From Chloroflexota bacterium (GTDB taxonomy: Bacteria; Chloroflexota; UBA11872; VXOZ01): a stretch of 64,000 bases of DNA. The DNA is taken from positions 1,216,001 through 1,280,000 of the forward strand of contig OZ219802.1 in assembly GCA_964291655.2 (NCBI GenBank). The letters are read 5' to 3'. The notes beneath the pieces were generated by a model. It was not told the DNA's origin and ran no database searches. It saw only the letters and a program-made list of their open reading frames with translations. The translations under genes and the position numbers were made by a program. Positions 31,579-39,959 of the stretch are shown here, piece after piece. Within the stretch, counting starts at the first letter, position 1; each line of letters starts with the position of its first letter.

Positions 31579-32128
31579 GGAGACTTTTGCGTAAGTCTAG
31601 AGCAAGCGAGGCAGTCCCCTCTCCCTCTGGGAGAGGGCTAGAGCCTGCCCCGTACGTGATACGGGGGTGAGGGTGAATCTCCTGAAATCTCTCCAAATAC
31701 ACACCGATTCTAACCTGATATGTCTTGACACTGCCCGGCGCAAAGGGCCATTGTAGCAAAAAGGCCCCCTCACCCCAACCCTCTCCCCTGTATAGACCGG
31801 GTTGATGGGTAACAGGTGTTCGGGTTGATAGGTTACACCATCGAATATGGGAGTTTTCGTTGTATGCAGTGTCCATGCCATGGAAGTTAGACCAACTCAA
31901 TACCCTTATGGATACGGCTTTTCCCCTGGCACCAGCTCACGAACTGAACATGAGTATGTCGTGGTGCCTGGAACGTCTATTTCTCTGCCCAACCTAAAGC
32001 GCCCAAAGGTGTCAATCAGTACAATGTGTAACCTATCAACCCGAACACCTGTTACCTATCAGCCCAGTCTGTACATCCCCAGGAGAGGGAGTGCCCCTGC
32101 CTGAAGGTGGGGTTATGCAAAAGTCTCT
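31579..32128. mobile_element. MITE family A (inverted), interrupted by a mini-IS481
   Basis: GGAGACTTTTGC...GCAAAAGTCTCT ends; interior is the reverse complement of family A. Confidence 0.8.
31789..32075. mobile_element. 287-bp non-autonomous IS481-type element
   Basis: Ends TGTATAGACCGGG...GATAGGTTACA and TGTAACCTATC...CAGTCTGTACA resemble the IS481 TIRs; TCCCC direct repeats; no transposase. Confidence 0.85.
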
Positions 32129-32293
32129 ATTGGAAGTGAACCGCTCGATCTGGCATGCTGAGGAGCACAGCGACGTAAGAGTTTAGAAGGCAGAAATCAG
32201 GTTCCTCGCTACGCCCGGAATGGCATGGAGTGTCGGCCCGTCTGTTAACGCCCGTACGTTCGTGGATACGCTTTCACTGAGGCAAAGGCAACC

Positions 32294-33268
32294 ATGATCC
32301 GCTGTTTCATCGACCATAGCAAGGGCACCGTCGAGGTAGAAGTCGCCAAACTCACGGCTGACGGAGAGGCCATTGCCGACTTAAACCGCGTCGTGCTGGA
32401 TGGCGACGCAATCGACATCGGGACGTTGCAGGTACATTGCGATACCTTGCCGTTTCTGGGCGGCGCGAAGCTTGTCATCGTCCGTGGTTTGCTGAGCCGC
32501 TGCCTCAAGGAGAAGCCGCTGCGGGAAGGACTGCTGGCGTATCTGCCCGGTTTGCCCGAGCACTGCACGCTGGTACTGTCGGATGACGCGCTGCCGCGCG
32601 GCAGGGAGACTACCGCGCTCACGAAGGCATTGCGCGGGTTGCCTGGCACCACCGTGGATACCGCCGACCAGCGCAGAGGCAGACCGCAGGTCTCCTGGAT
32701 CGAGGAGAACGCCCCTCGCTTTGGCTGCGGCATTACCCACCGCGCGGCGGAACACCTGGCAGCGGTATTGCCCGACCGCGACACCATTGAACAAGAGCTC
32801 ACCAAGCTGGCAAATTACCGCAACCGCACGGGCACGATCAGCGAAGAGGACGTGCACCTGCTCGTGCCGCAGTCACGTGAGTCGAATATCTTCGCCTTTG
32901 TCGACGCGGTCGCGGACGGCAGACGACGGCAGGCACTGGCGTTTCTGCACGACCTACCCAATCAGGAACCAGGCTACGTGCTCGTGATGATTGCCCGCCA
33001 GTTTCGCCTCGTCTTGAAAGCGAAACATGCCATACGCAGTGTGCAGTCTCCCCACGAGGTGGCCCGCGCCGTCGGCCTCACCCGCGCGCCCCCGCGAGCG
33101 GTAAACCGCGTTATCACTCAGGCGCGCCGCTTTAACGTGGACCAACTGGCAGCAATTCACGCCCACATTGCCCGTACCGACTTTGCCATCAAGCGGAGCA
33201 AGATGGACCCCGCCACCGCGCTGGACCTGCTCGTCATTGGGTTGTGTTCAATCGCCAGCCAGCGCTGA
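32294..33268 (+). CDS. holA: DNA polymerase III delta subunit
   Basis: TLPFLGGAKLVIV, QELTKLANY, ESNIFAFVDAV, IARQFR, D.AIK; adjacent to rpsT, a common gene order. Confidence 0.85.
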   Translation: MIRCFIDHSKGTVEVEVAKLTADGEAIADLNRVVLDGDAIDIGTLQVHCDTLPFLGGAKLVIVRGLLSRCLKEKPLREGLLAYLPGLPEHCTLVLSDDALPRGRETTALTKALRGLPGTTVDTADQRRGRPQVSWIEENAPRFGCGITHRAAEHLAAVLPDRDTIEQELTKLANYRNRTGTISEEDVHLLVPQSRESNIFAFVDAVADGRRRQALAFLHDLPNQEPGYVLVMIARQFRLVLKAKHAIRSVQSPHEVARAVGLTRAPPRAVNRVITQARRFNVDQLAAIHAHIARTDFAIKRSKMDPATALDLLVIGLCSIASQR

Positions 33269-33546
33269 GGAACATGCCGGCAAGGGTGTTCGTGGTCGAT
33301 GCGTGCTCACCCCAATGCAGATCACGGCGAATGATGCAGAGTTCACCCTACTACGCGACGAGGAATCAGACTCTTCATGCCGGCGGGATGCCTGCCTCTA
33401 ACGTGCAACGGGGCAAGCGTCCGCGTGAGAAAAACCTCTGGTCTCCCACTCCCACCAGAGAGAATTCCAACGGGCCGGCCGACACAATGATCAGAGAGAC
33501 ACGGCCTGGTGCACACAAGTTTTCCAATGATGCCTCAATAGAATTA

Positions 33547-33589
33547 CCCCCACTCACTCGCCGTGAGAGGGGGTAATTTACTTTTTCTT
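33547..33589. terminator. Probable terminator between convergent holA and rpsT
   Basis: CCCCCACTCAC-TCGCC-GTGAGAGGGGG hairpin followed by a T-rich tract. Confidence 0.5.
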
Positions 33590-33618
33590 CAGTCTATCTC
33601 AACAGGGGTGCGCCGACA

Positions 33619-33894
33619 TTAGGCAGCTCCGCTGAACGCCTGGTTGAACCGGCGTGTGAGTTGAGACTTGTGTCTGGCAGCGTTGTTGGTGTGAATGACG
33701 CCTTTGCGGGCGGCGCGGTCATAGCGGGCACACGCGAGTGCTACAGCCTCTTGCGCCGTTTCTTGATCACCATCCGCGATTGCGTCTGTTGCTTTGCGGC
33801 TAAAGGTCTTCAAACTGCTGCGCACTGCACGGTTACGGACGCGCCCTCGTTCCTGACGGCGGACGCGCTTCACATCTGCACGTTTCTTGGGCAA
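33619..33894 (-). CDS. rpsT: 30S ribosomal protein S20
   Basis: KRVR....RNRAVRSSLKT...DRAARKGVIHTNNAARHKS; GAGGAG RBS before TTG. Confidence 0.95.
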   Translation of the reverse strand: MPKKRADVKRVRRQERGRVRNRAVRSSLKTFSRKATDAIADGDQETAQEAVALACARYDRAARKGVIHTNNAARHKSQLTRRFNQAFSGAA

Positions 33895-34121
33895 TGTCTT
33901 GCGTCTCCTCGGCTCTCTTCACCAAATCGTGACGACATAGTACGTTTATTTCGCCCATTATACCAACTTCTGTTGCGCGATGCCCATAACGGGTGAGAAG
34001 ATCAACAGGAATCTCCTTAAACTCGTGGGAGAGACTGAGCGAGATCGCCTGGCTGAGAGTGCACACGTCCTTGTGCGTTCCTGCATCACAATGGGACCCA
34101 AGTGAGAGCTGCTCGCCCCTT

Positions 34122-34222
34122 CCCCGTTCGTGCTGAGCCTGTCGAAGCATGGATGGGATAGACTTCAATCTCGCCAGTAGATTTCCCAGTCCGTTCACCC
34201 TTCGACAAGCTCAGGGCGAACG
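34122..34222. repeat. Inverted pair of CCTTCGACAAGCTCAGG-type REP hairpins
   Basis: CCGTTCGTGCTGAGCCTGTCGAAGC ... CCGTTCACCCTTCGACAAGCTCAGGGCGAACGG; other copies at 39775-39808 and about 63019-63490. Confidence 0.75.
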
Positions 34223-34332
34223 GCATGGACGCTTTGCGCGATGTAAATGCACGCTTTGCGCGATGTAAGAGATTACGCTCAACCGTTAGCCTACAGCACC
34301 CGTGACTTGCAGAACCGTTACCTGCGACCGGC

Positions 34333-34653
34333 TCATTCGGCTTCCTGCGCAGACTCCTGTTTGTATAGTTGCGTAGCGGTGTCGCGGCAGGTCGCCGTAC
34401 GCAAGACAGCATCGCGCGAAACATTCGTCAGGCTTGCCCATCGACCCCAATTGGGTTGGCCCTTGCTCGCGTTCCCCTGCTCGCGCGCCAGCTTATGGAG
34501 CACGGCCGTGGCGCGATTGGCAATATTCGAGAGCATCATGGCCGCTGCTGCCGGCGGCAATTCTGCGGCAATACCCTTGAGCAGCGCATCTGCTTCTTTC
34601 GGCACGGCGCGCGGCTTAACGTCTATGTCCATCTCAATCAACTCCTTGCTCAT
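34333..34653 (-). CDS. Hypothetical helical protein (106 aa)
   Basis: ORF with CAGGA upstream; no recognised motif. Confidence 0.55.
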   Translation of the reverse strand: MSKELIEMDIDVKPRAVPKEADALLKGIAAELPPAAAAMMLSNIANRATAVLHKLAREQGNASKGQPNWGRWASLTNVSRDAVLRTATCRDTATQLYKQESAQEAE

Positions 34654-35107
34654 TCCTGGGTGAATTTCACATTTGCTTCACAATTCAAGGTTACTATGGT
34701 GCTGCCGCTGCTTGGATGGCGGATGGAGGCACGGTCGTTGTACGCCGCTCTCTATGGGTCTCGTTGATTGATGGAGCGGGACCTACCTCTACCGGCACTA
34801 GTTGCGGCTAACTTGACAAATACGAGCACAGCACCCAAAGCGGAGAGTGTCGCGCACATCAACCAGCGGGCAGCCGCCGCGTACTTCCACTGAATCATAC
34901 CAAATTCAACCGAAATCTCCGTTGGCATGCTGATGCACGGGCTGAAGGGCATACGTCTTACGCCGAAATGAGACTCTCTAGTCTGATGTGCCCTGCAGGA
35001 ATGATTGCGGTCACGTTCAGCTACTAGTGGAGCGTGCGGCCAGCCTCTCGCGATATGCTAGACTCAGCCTAAGCGTGTGACTTTGTATGGACGGTGGTTG
35101 ACCAACT

Positions 35108-36421
35108 GTGAATGACCCGTCAGTCGAGCGAGTGGGGCCGGTAGCCCTTTCAGAACGCATCCACGTCATAGACATCCTGCGGGGCTTCGCCCTCCTTGGC
35201 ATATTGCTTGTGAATATGCACCTCTTTAGTTACCCGGTGCAGGAGTTGCTTATTGGCTATGACGAGGTCGGACCGCTATTCGATCGTGTCGCCGCCTTGG
35301 GCATTCAGATCTTCGCTGAATCGAAATTCTACCCGATATTTTCATTCCTCTTCGGTCTGGGATTCGCCCTTCAGATGCAGCGTGCTGAAGAACGCGGCAC
35401 TACGTTTGTTCCGCTCTATCTGCGCCGCTTGTGCATACTCTTGCTGATAGGCCTGGCCCATGCGATATTCGTTTGGGTGGGGGACATTCTGGTGCTCTAT
35501 GCTGTGCTGGGAGCAATCCTTCTGCTCTTCTTCCGCAAACGCTCGCCACGGATCCTGCTCATGTGGGCGGGGGTCTTTCTGGCACTATCGGTACTGCTGC
35601 CTGCCGGTCTCAGCGGGCTGGCAATGCTCGCCAAACTCACGCCTGCCGGCGCAGCCGAGGTTAGCGCGAGCTTTGCCGCTTCGGACGCGGGGCTGCGCGC
35701 CGATGCAGCGCAGGCCGACGTCATCTACGCTACAGGATCCTTTGCCGAGATTACCGCACAACGCCTGAGCGATCTGCGCCTGATGTACAGTGTTGCCGTT
35801 TTCTTGGCTTTCAACGCTTTTGCCATGTTCCTGCTCGGACTCTACGCCGGACGCCGCGGCATATTCCGCGACATTTCGGGACACACGTCGCTATTGAAGA
35901 AGCTATTCTGGTGGGGTCTCGTACTAGGGGTGAGTAGTAATCTCGCCCACGCGATGGCGAGTCACGGTCCGGAGTTTGCACTGCCTAACTGGATGGATGT
36001 GCTTGCCGACTCTGCGCGCACGCTCGGCGCGCCGGTGCTCGCGCTCGGCTACATTGCCGGAATCACTCTCTTGCTGCACCAGGATGCCTGGCGAACGCGG
36101 CTGGGGCCGCTGGCTGCGGTTGGCCGCATGGCATTGACCAACTACCTGCTGCAATCGCTCACCGCGACCATGCTCTTCTATGGCTACGGCTTCGGTCTCT
36201 TCGGCCAAGTGGGGCCGGGCCTTGGCCTTCTCATCACTGTAGCCATCTTCGGTGCACAGATACCGCTCAGCGTATGGTGGCTGCGGCACTTCCAATACGG
36301 GCCGGTGGAGTGGCTGTGGCGCACGCTCACCTATCTTCGATGGCAGCCCTTCCTTGTGCCTCAATCGCCAGACAACAAAGTGCGTAAGCAGGATACTTTT
36401 ACTGCGGAGACAATTCACTAG
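35108..36421 (+). CDS. DUF418 (YeiB-like) membrane protein
   Basis: RIHVIDILRGFALLGILLVN, KFYPIFSFLFG, GDIL..YA, GRMALTNYLLQS, GPVEWLWR. Confidence 0.92.
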   Translation: MNDPSVERVGPVALSERIHVIDILRGFALLGILLVNMHLFSYPVQELLIGYDEVGPLFDRVAALGIQIFAESKFYPIFSFLFGLGFALQMQRAEERGTTFVPLYLRRLCILLLIGLAHAIFVWVGDILVLYAVLGAILLLFFRKRSPRILLMWAGVFLALSVLLPAGLSGLAMLAKLTPAGAAEVSASFAASDAGLRADAAQADVIYATGSFAEITAQRLSDLRLMYSVAVFLAFNAFAMFLLGLYAGRRGIFRDISGHTSLLKKLFWWGLVLGVSSNLAHAMASHGPEFALPNWMDVLADSARTLGAPVLALGYIAGITLLLHQDAWRTRLGPLAAVGRMALTNYLLQSLTATMLFYGYGFGLFGQVGPGLGLLITVAIFGAQIPLSVWWLRHFQYGPVEWLWRTLTYLRWQPFLVPQSPDNKVRKQDTFTAETIH

Positions 36422-36551
36422 GAGCCCTTCTAGCTTCTCAAGGGAGAATTTACAAAGTCTCCGCAAGGAATGGGCACACGTCCCGGTAGCAAGATGATTT
36501 ACGGCGGCCTGGAAATCACCAAGCCACCGCAAATTCAACAGTCCCGAGGTG

Positions 36552-39245
36552 CTAGCCGGCAAACTCTATTGCGATTGTCTCAATCGCGTAGCCGCCTAGC
36601 GGCACGATGACGGTTTTGCCGGAAACCGCAAGCTCCGTCTCCAGGTCTCCCATGAGGTCGGTCACCCACGCCGCTTTCACCGCGCGCGGGAGCTCCAGCG
36701 TTACGGTCGTGTCCTCGCCGTGGGCCTCGAAGAGGCGCAGCATCCAGTTGCCGGCACGGTCCGGGTGCTCCTGAATGGTGGTGATGACCACGTTTGGCGC
36801 GTCCGTCCGCACGAAGCTCTCGGAGTCGCTGAGGAACGTATTGCCTGCAAACGGCTGCATCGGCGTCGCGGTCGCGAGCTTGGCGGTCTGCAGGGGGTTC
36901 CAGTGCTGCCAGCCGACGCGCTCACCGTTGGCGCTCCGCCAGTCGCCGTCGTGCGGCACCAGCGTCGCGTGGTACGTGTGCACGCCGAGGTTCGGGTATT
37001 CGAAGAACGGTGTGCCGCAAGAGTAGGTCGTGCGCAGGGGCGACGGGTAGATGGCGGTGCCGTGAATGGCGTGCAGGCAGTTGCTCGTGCCCAGCGTGAC
37101 GCCATACTCCTCGTTGGATACGTCCAGCCACTTCTGCACCCAGCGGGCGCCGTCCCCGCGGTACGTGTTCGGCATCTCATCTCGACCGAACACCACGTTG
37201 CCAAAGGGTACTTCGTACGTGATTTCACCGTTTGGCACATTATAGGGCAGCGCAATGCGCACCTGGGTGTTCTTCGTGCCGTTCCAGTCGATGGAGGTCG
37301 TCAGGTCCACGCGCGGTTCCTCATCATGCAGGCGGATTTCCTGCACAATCGGCGCCCCGAGCACGTGGCTGCGAAGACAGACCGTCGTCCAGATTGGCCC
37401 GCGCTCGACCCATTGCACCTGGGTAGGACCGTCGCTGGCGCGCCATTCCCGGCCGGTAAAGTTCGTGCTTGCCAGCCACTCTTCGCCGCCGGCCTGTACC
37501 GCCAGAGCCTCATCGGACGTCTGGAACTTCATGGCCTGCTCGTCCAGCGAGTCTTCCAAGTCGAAGCGCAGGTCTTCCAGCACCACGACCTCGTTGAAGT
37601 AGTGGTCTGCCTCGGCAGCGAGCTCAACACTGGATCCATCCGCCTGCTTCCACTGCAAACTCTTCACCATGCCGCCGGTAACGTCCAGACGAAAGTGGTC
37701 GTTTTCCACCACGTGCTCGGCTTTCCCACGCCGGGTGGCTTGATCGCCGGTGCCAAACTGCGGCTCCAGGTAGAACGCCTTGAAGCCAAGCGGGGGCACA
37801 TCCTTCGCCAGGAACGCAAAGTCCACCCGCGAGCGGCGAACATTCGCGGCATCGGCGCGGTCCTGGCTGGCATTCTGGGTCTTGATGACCTGGCACGGCA
37901 TTTCGTTGCCCTGCCCGTCAGTGATACGGATACCTGTGACGTTGTCCCCTGGAAACTCCATGTAGTCTTCTACCACGTCCGAGCGGTCCCAGTTGAGCGC
38001 GTTGCTCACAAGCAACGTGCACGCCGCGCCGCTGGGCGGCGTGTAATTGACGTGCGTGGCAAACTGGTTGTTCGCCTCCCGCGCGATCTCCTGGCCGATC
38101 ATGCGGGCATGCACGGCAGTCCTATGGCGCACGTCGTTGTTGAGCTCTCCGTGTCTGCCTCCAAGGTTATGGTCGTGGCAGTTATACAGATCTTCCCAGG
38201 CGGGATCGAGTTCGGCCCGCGGATACGCGCCCAAGCCCAGCAAGCCGCGGATGGCGGAGAGCTTCTCAGCGGATGCCAGCGCGTTCTCCGCGTGGCGCGC
38301 TTCCAGATAGACCCGCGGCGCTACCGCGGGCAGCGCATAGAAGGCATACGGAGACTGGCCGCCGTAGACCGGCAGATCGTCCAGCTTGCCGGTGCGCTCG
38401 GCGGCTTCGAAGAAGTCTGTAATGGTGGCAAAGGTGAAGTTCAGCTTGCCCTCATCGGTCAACTGCTTGGCCCTGGCCAGCAGGTCTTCAGGAATTGGCG
38501 GCCGCAGGTCGGACTGTCCCATCATGAGCAGCACGGGCAGCGGCCAAATGCGCATCGCCTCCGAAATCGACTGCACTTCAAGGTCTTCGCCCTCATAGTG
38601 GCGCAACCAGGGCATGTCGGGATTGGTGAGCATGAAGGCCCAGCCATAGGTGTTCATGTGGTTGGCCGCCAGCACACGCGAGCCGTCCGGCGCCTGCCAC
38701 CAGTAAACGGGGGAGTACGGGCGGAATCTCGAACAAGAGAAGTATTTCACTCCGGCTTTGGCGAGCAATTGGGGTGTCTGCGGCGTGTGGCCCGGCAGGT
38801 CCGAGTGCTGGGCGGTGGGCAGATCAACGTCCAGCACGTCACGGGCGAAGCGCTTGGCGTGCACGATCTCCCGCACCATGATCTCCCCGTCGAGGATGTC
38901 CTCCATGTAGCCCACCATGGCGGCGGTCGTCTCGAGCTTACCCTCTTTGACGAGTTGCTTCACCTTGGGCAGGTACTCCGGAAAGCGCGCGAGGAAGTGA
39001 CGCAGAAACGCGGCGTATTCGACGGTGAAGCGGTAGTCCGGCACCGGCCCGGCGATGGCGTCAATGGACCCCTTGATCAGCTCGTCTGCGTAGGCGAGAC
39101 ACTCGGAGATGCCCGCGCACCAGCCAAAGTCAAGATGCGCGCCCGGCACGATGAAGACCTCCTCCGGCAAGGTAATCTCATCCAGGGGAACAACCGTTGC
39201 CTTGCGGACGCTGTTGACCTCCGCCGGCCAAGTCTTGCTTGCCAT
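36552..39245 (-). CDS. Glycoside hydrolase family 38 (alpha-mannosidase-like), paralog 1
   Basis: AHLDFGW (Zn ligands), SDLPGH (nucleophile), WWQAPDGSRVL, CHDH, NALNWDR, YEVPFG, LRLFEAHG. Confidence 0.85.
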   Translation of the reverse strand: MASKTWPAEVNSVRKATVVPLDEITLPEEVFIVPGAHLDFGWCAGISECLAYADELIKGSIDAIAGPVPDYRFTVEYAAFLRHFLARFPEYLPKVKQLVKEGKLETTAAMVGYMEDILDGEIMVREIVHAKRFARDVLDVDLPTAQHSDLPGHTPQTPQLLAKAGVKYFSCSRFRPYSPVYWWQAPDGSRVLAANHMNTYGWAFMLTNPDMPWLRHYEGEDLEVQSISEAMRIWPLPVLLMMGQSDLRPPIPEDLLARAKQLTDEGKLNFTFATITDFFEAAERTGKLDDLPVYGGQSPYAFYALPAVAPRVYLEARHAENALASAEKLSAIRGLLGLGAYPRAELDPAWEDLYNCHDHNLGGRHGELNNDVRHRTAVHARMIGQEIAREANNQFATHVNYTPPSGAACTLLVSNALNWDRSDVVEDYMEFPGDNVTGIRITDGQGNEMPCQVIKTQNASQDRADAANVRRSRVDFAFLAKDVPPLGFKAFYLEPQFGTGDQATRRGKAEHVVENDHFRLDVTGGMVKSLQWKQADGSSVELAAEADHYFNEVVVLEDLRFDLEDSLDEQAMKFQTSDEALAVQAGGEEWLASTNFTGREWRASDGPTQVQWVERGPIWTTVCLRSHVLGAPIVQEIRLHDEEPRVDLTTSIDWNGTKNTQVRIALPYNVPNGEITYEVPFGNVVFGRDEMPNTYRGDGARWVQKWLDVSNEEYGVTLGTSNCLHAIHGTAIYPSPLRTTYSCGTPFFEYPNLGVHTYHATLVPHDGDWRSANGERVGWQHWNPLQTAKLATATPMQPFAGNTFLSDSESFVRTDAPNVVITTIQEHPDRAGNWMLRLFEAHGEDTTVTLELPRAVKAAWVTDLMGDLETELAVSGKTVIVPLGGYAIETIAIEFAG

Positions 39246-39959
39246 GAGACCTTCTTTCTCCTTCTGTGCTGGTTAAAGTTCGCATTCGCTAGCCACTTTA
39301 AATCCGACGATCCTTGCGTCATTCCGGCGAAAAGCCGGAATCCAGTCTTTGCCACGTGAATCTGGCAGTGGGGGATCAACCTAGGACTTACCATAGCACT
39401 CCATCCGCCCGTCATTCCGGCGAAAAGCCTGCCCCGTAATCGATACGGGAGCGGAATCCAGAGGCGGTCTTGTGATCCAACCGCGCCGCCGGTTGACGGC
39501 TGCCTACAGAATACACCCCATTGGCGCGGCGGGGTGCAAATCCATAGCACATTGCTTGTCATGATCGTTGCTTGCCACGATCTTATTCCGTGGCAATGGC
39601 TCCGGCCCCTGCGTGCAGATCGGTCCGGCACTGGGACTTTTCTTCAGCCTAATCAACTTCACGGCTCAGATTTTGCCAAGCGTAGGGTGGACGAATACGC
39701 TCCTGTTCGGCACGGTGGGATGACTTTAGCGGACGTTGACGTGGGGACGGTTGGCCGGTGAGTGACGAGAAGAACCGTTCACCCTTCGACAAGCTCAGGG
39801 CGAACGGTTCTTCTCTCTTGCTATTAGTTCTTCTCTCTTGCTATTGATTAGCCTTGTTGCAGGTAGGTTTTGCTGAGTGCACTTGAGCAATCTGACTGGG
39901 CAGCTCAGCACTCCGATGTTCAGTTCACGTCTTCAGCTTTTGCTCGCTAGGCGCGTTCG

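Noticed and set aside
36720-39359. 879-aa plus-strand ORF
   Set aside because: Antisense shadow of the GH38 gene, caused by high-GC codon bias; the matching frame is broken in paralog 2.
39491-39563. Minus-strand MTSNVLWICT, resembling a sulfatase N-terminus
   Set aside because: Only about 10 codons match before the frame runs into repeats; too short to call a pseudogene.
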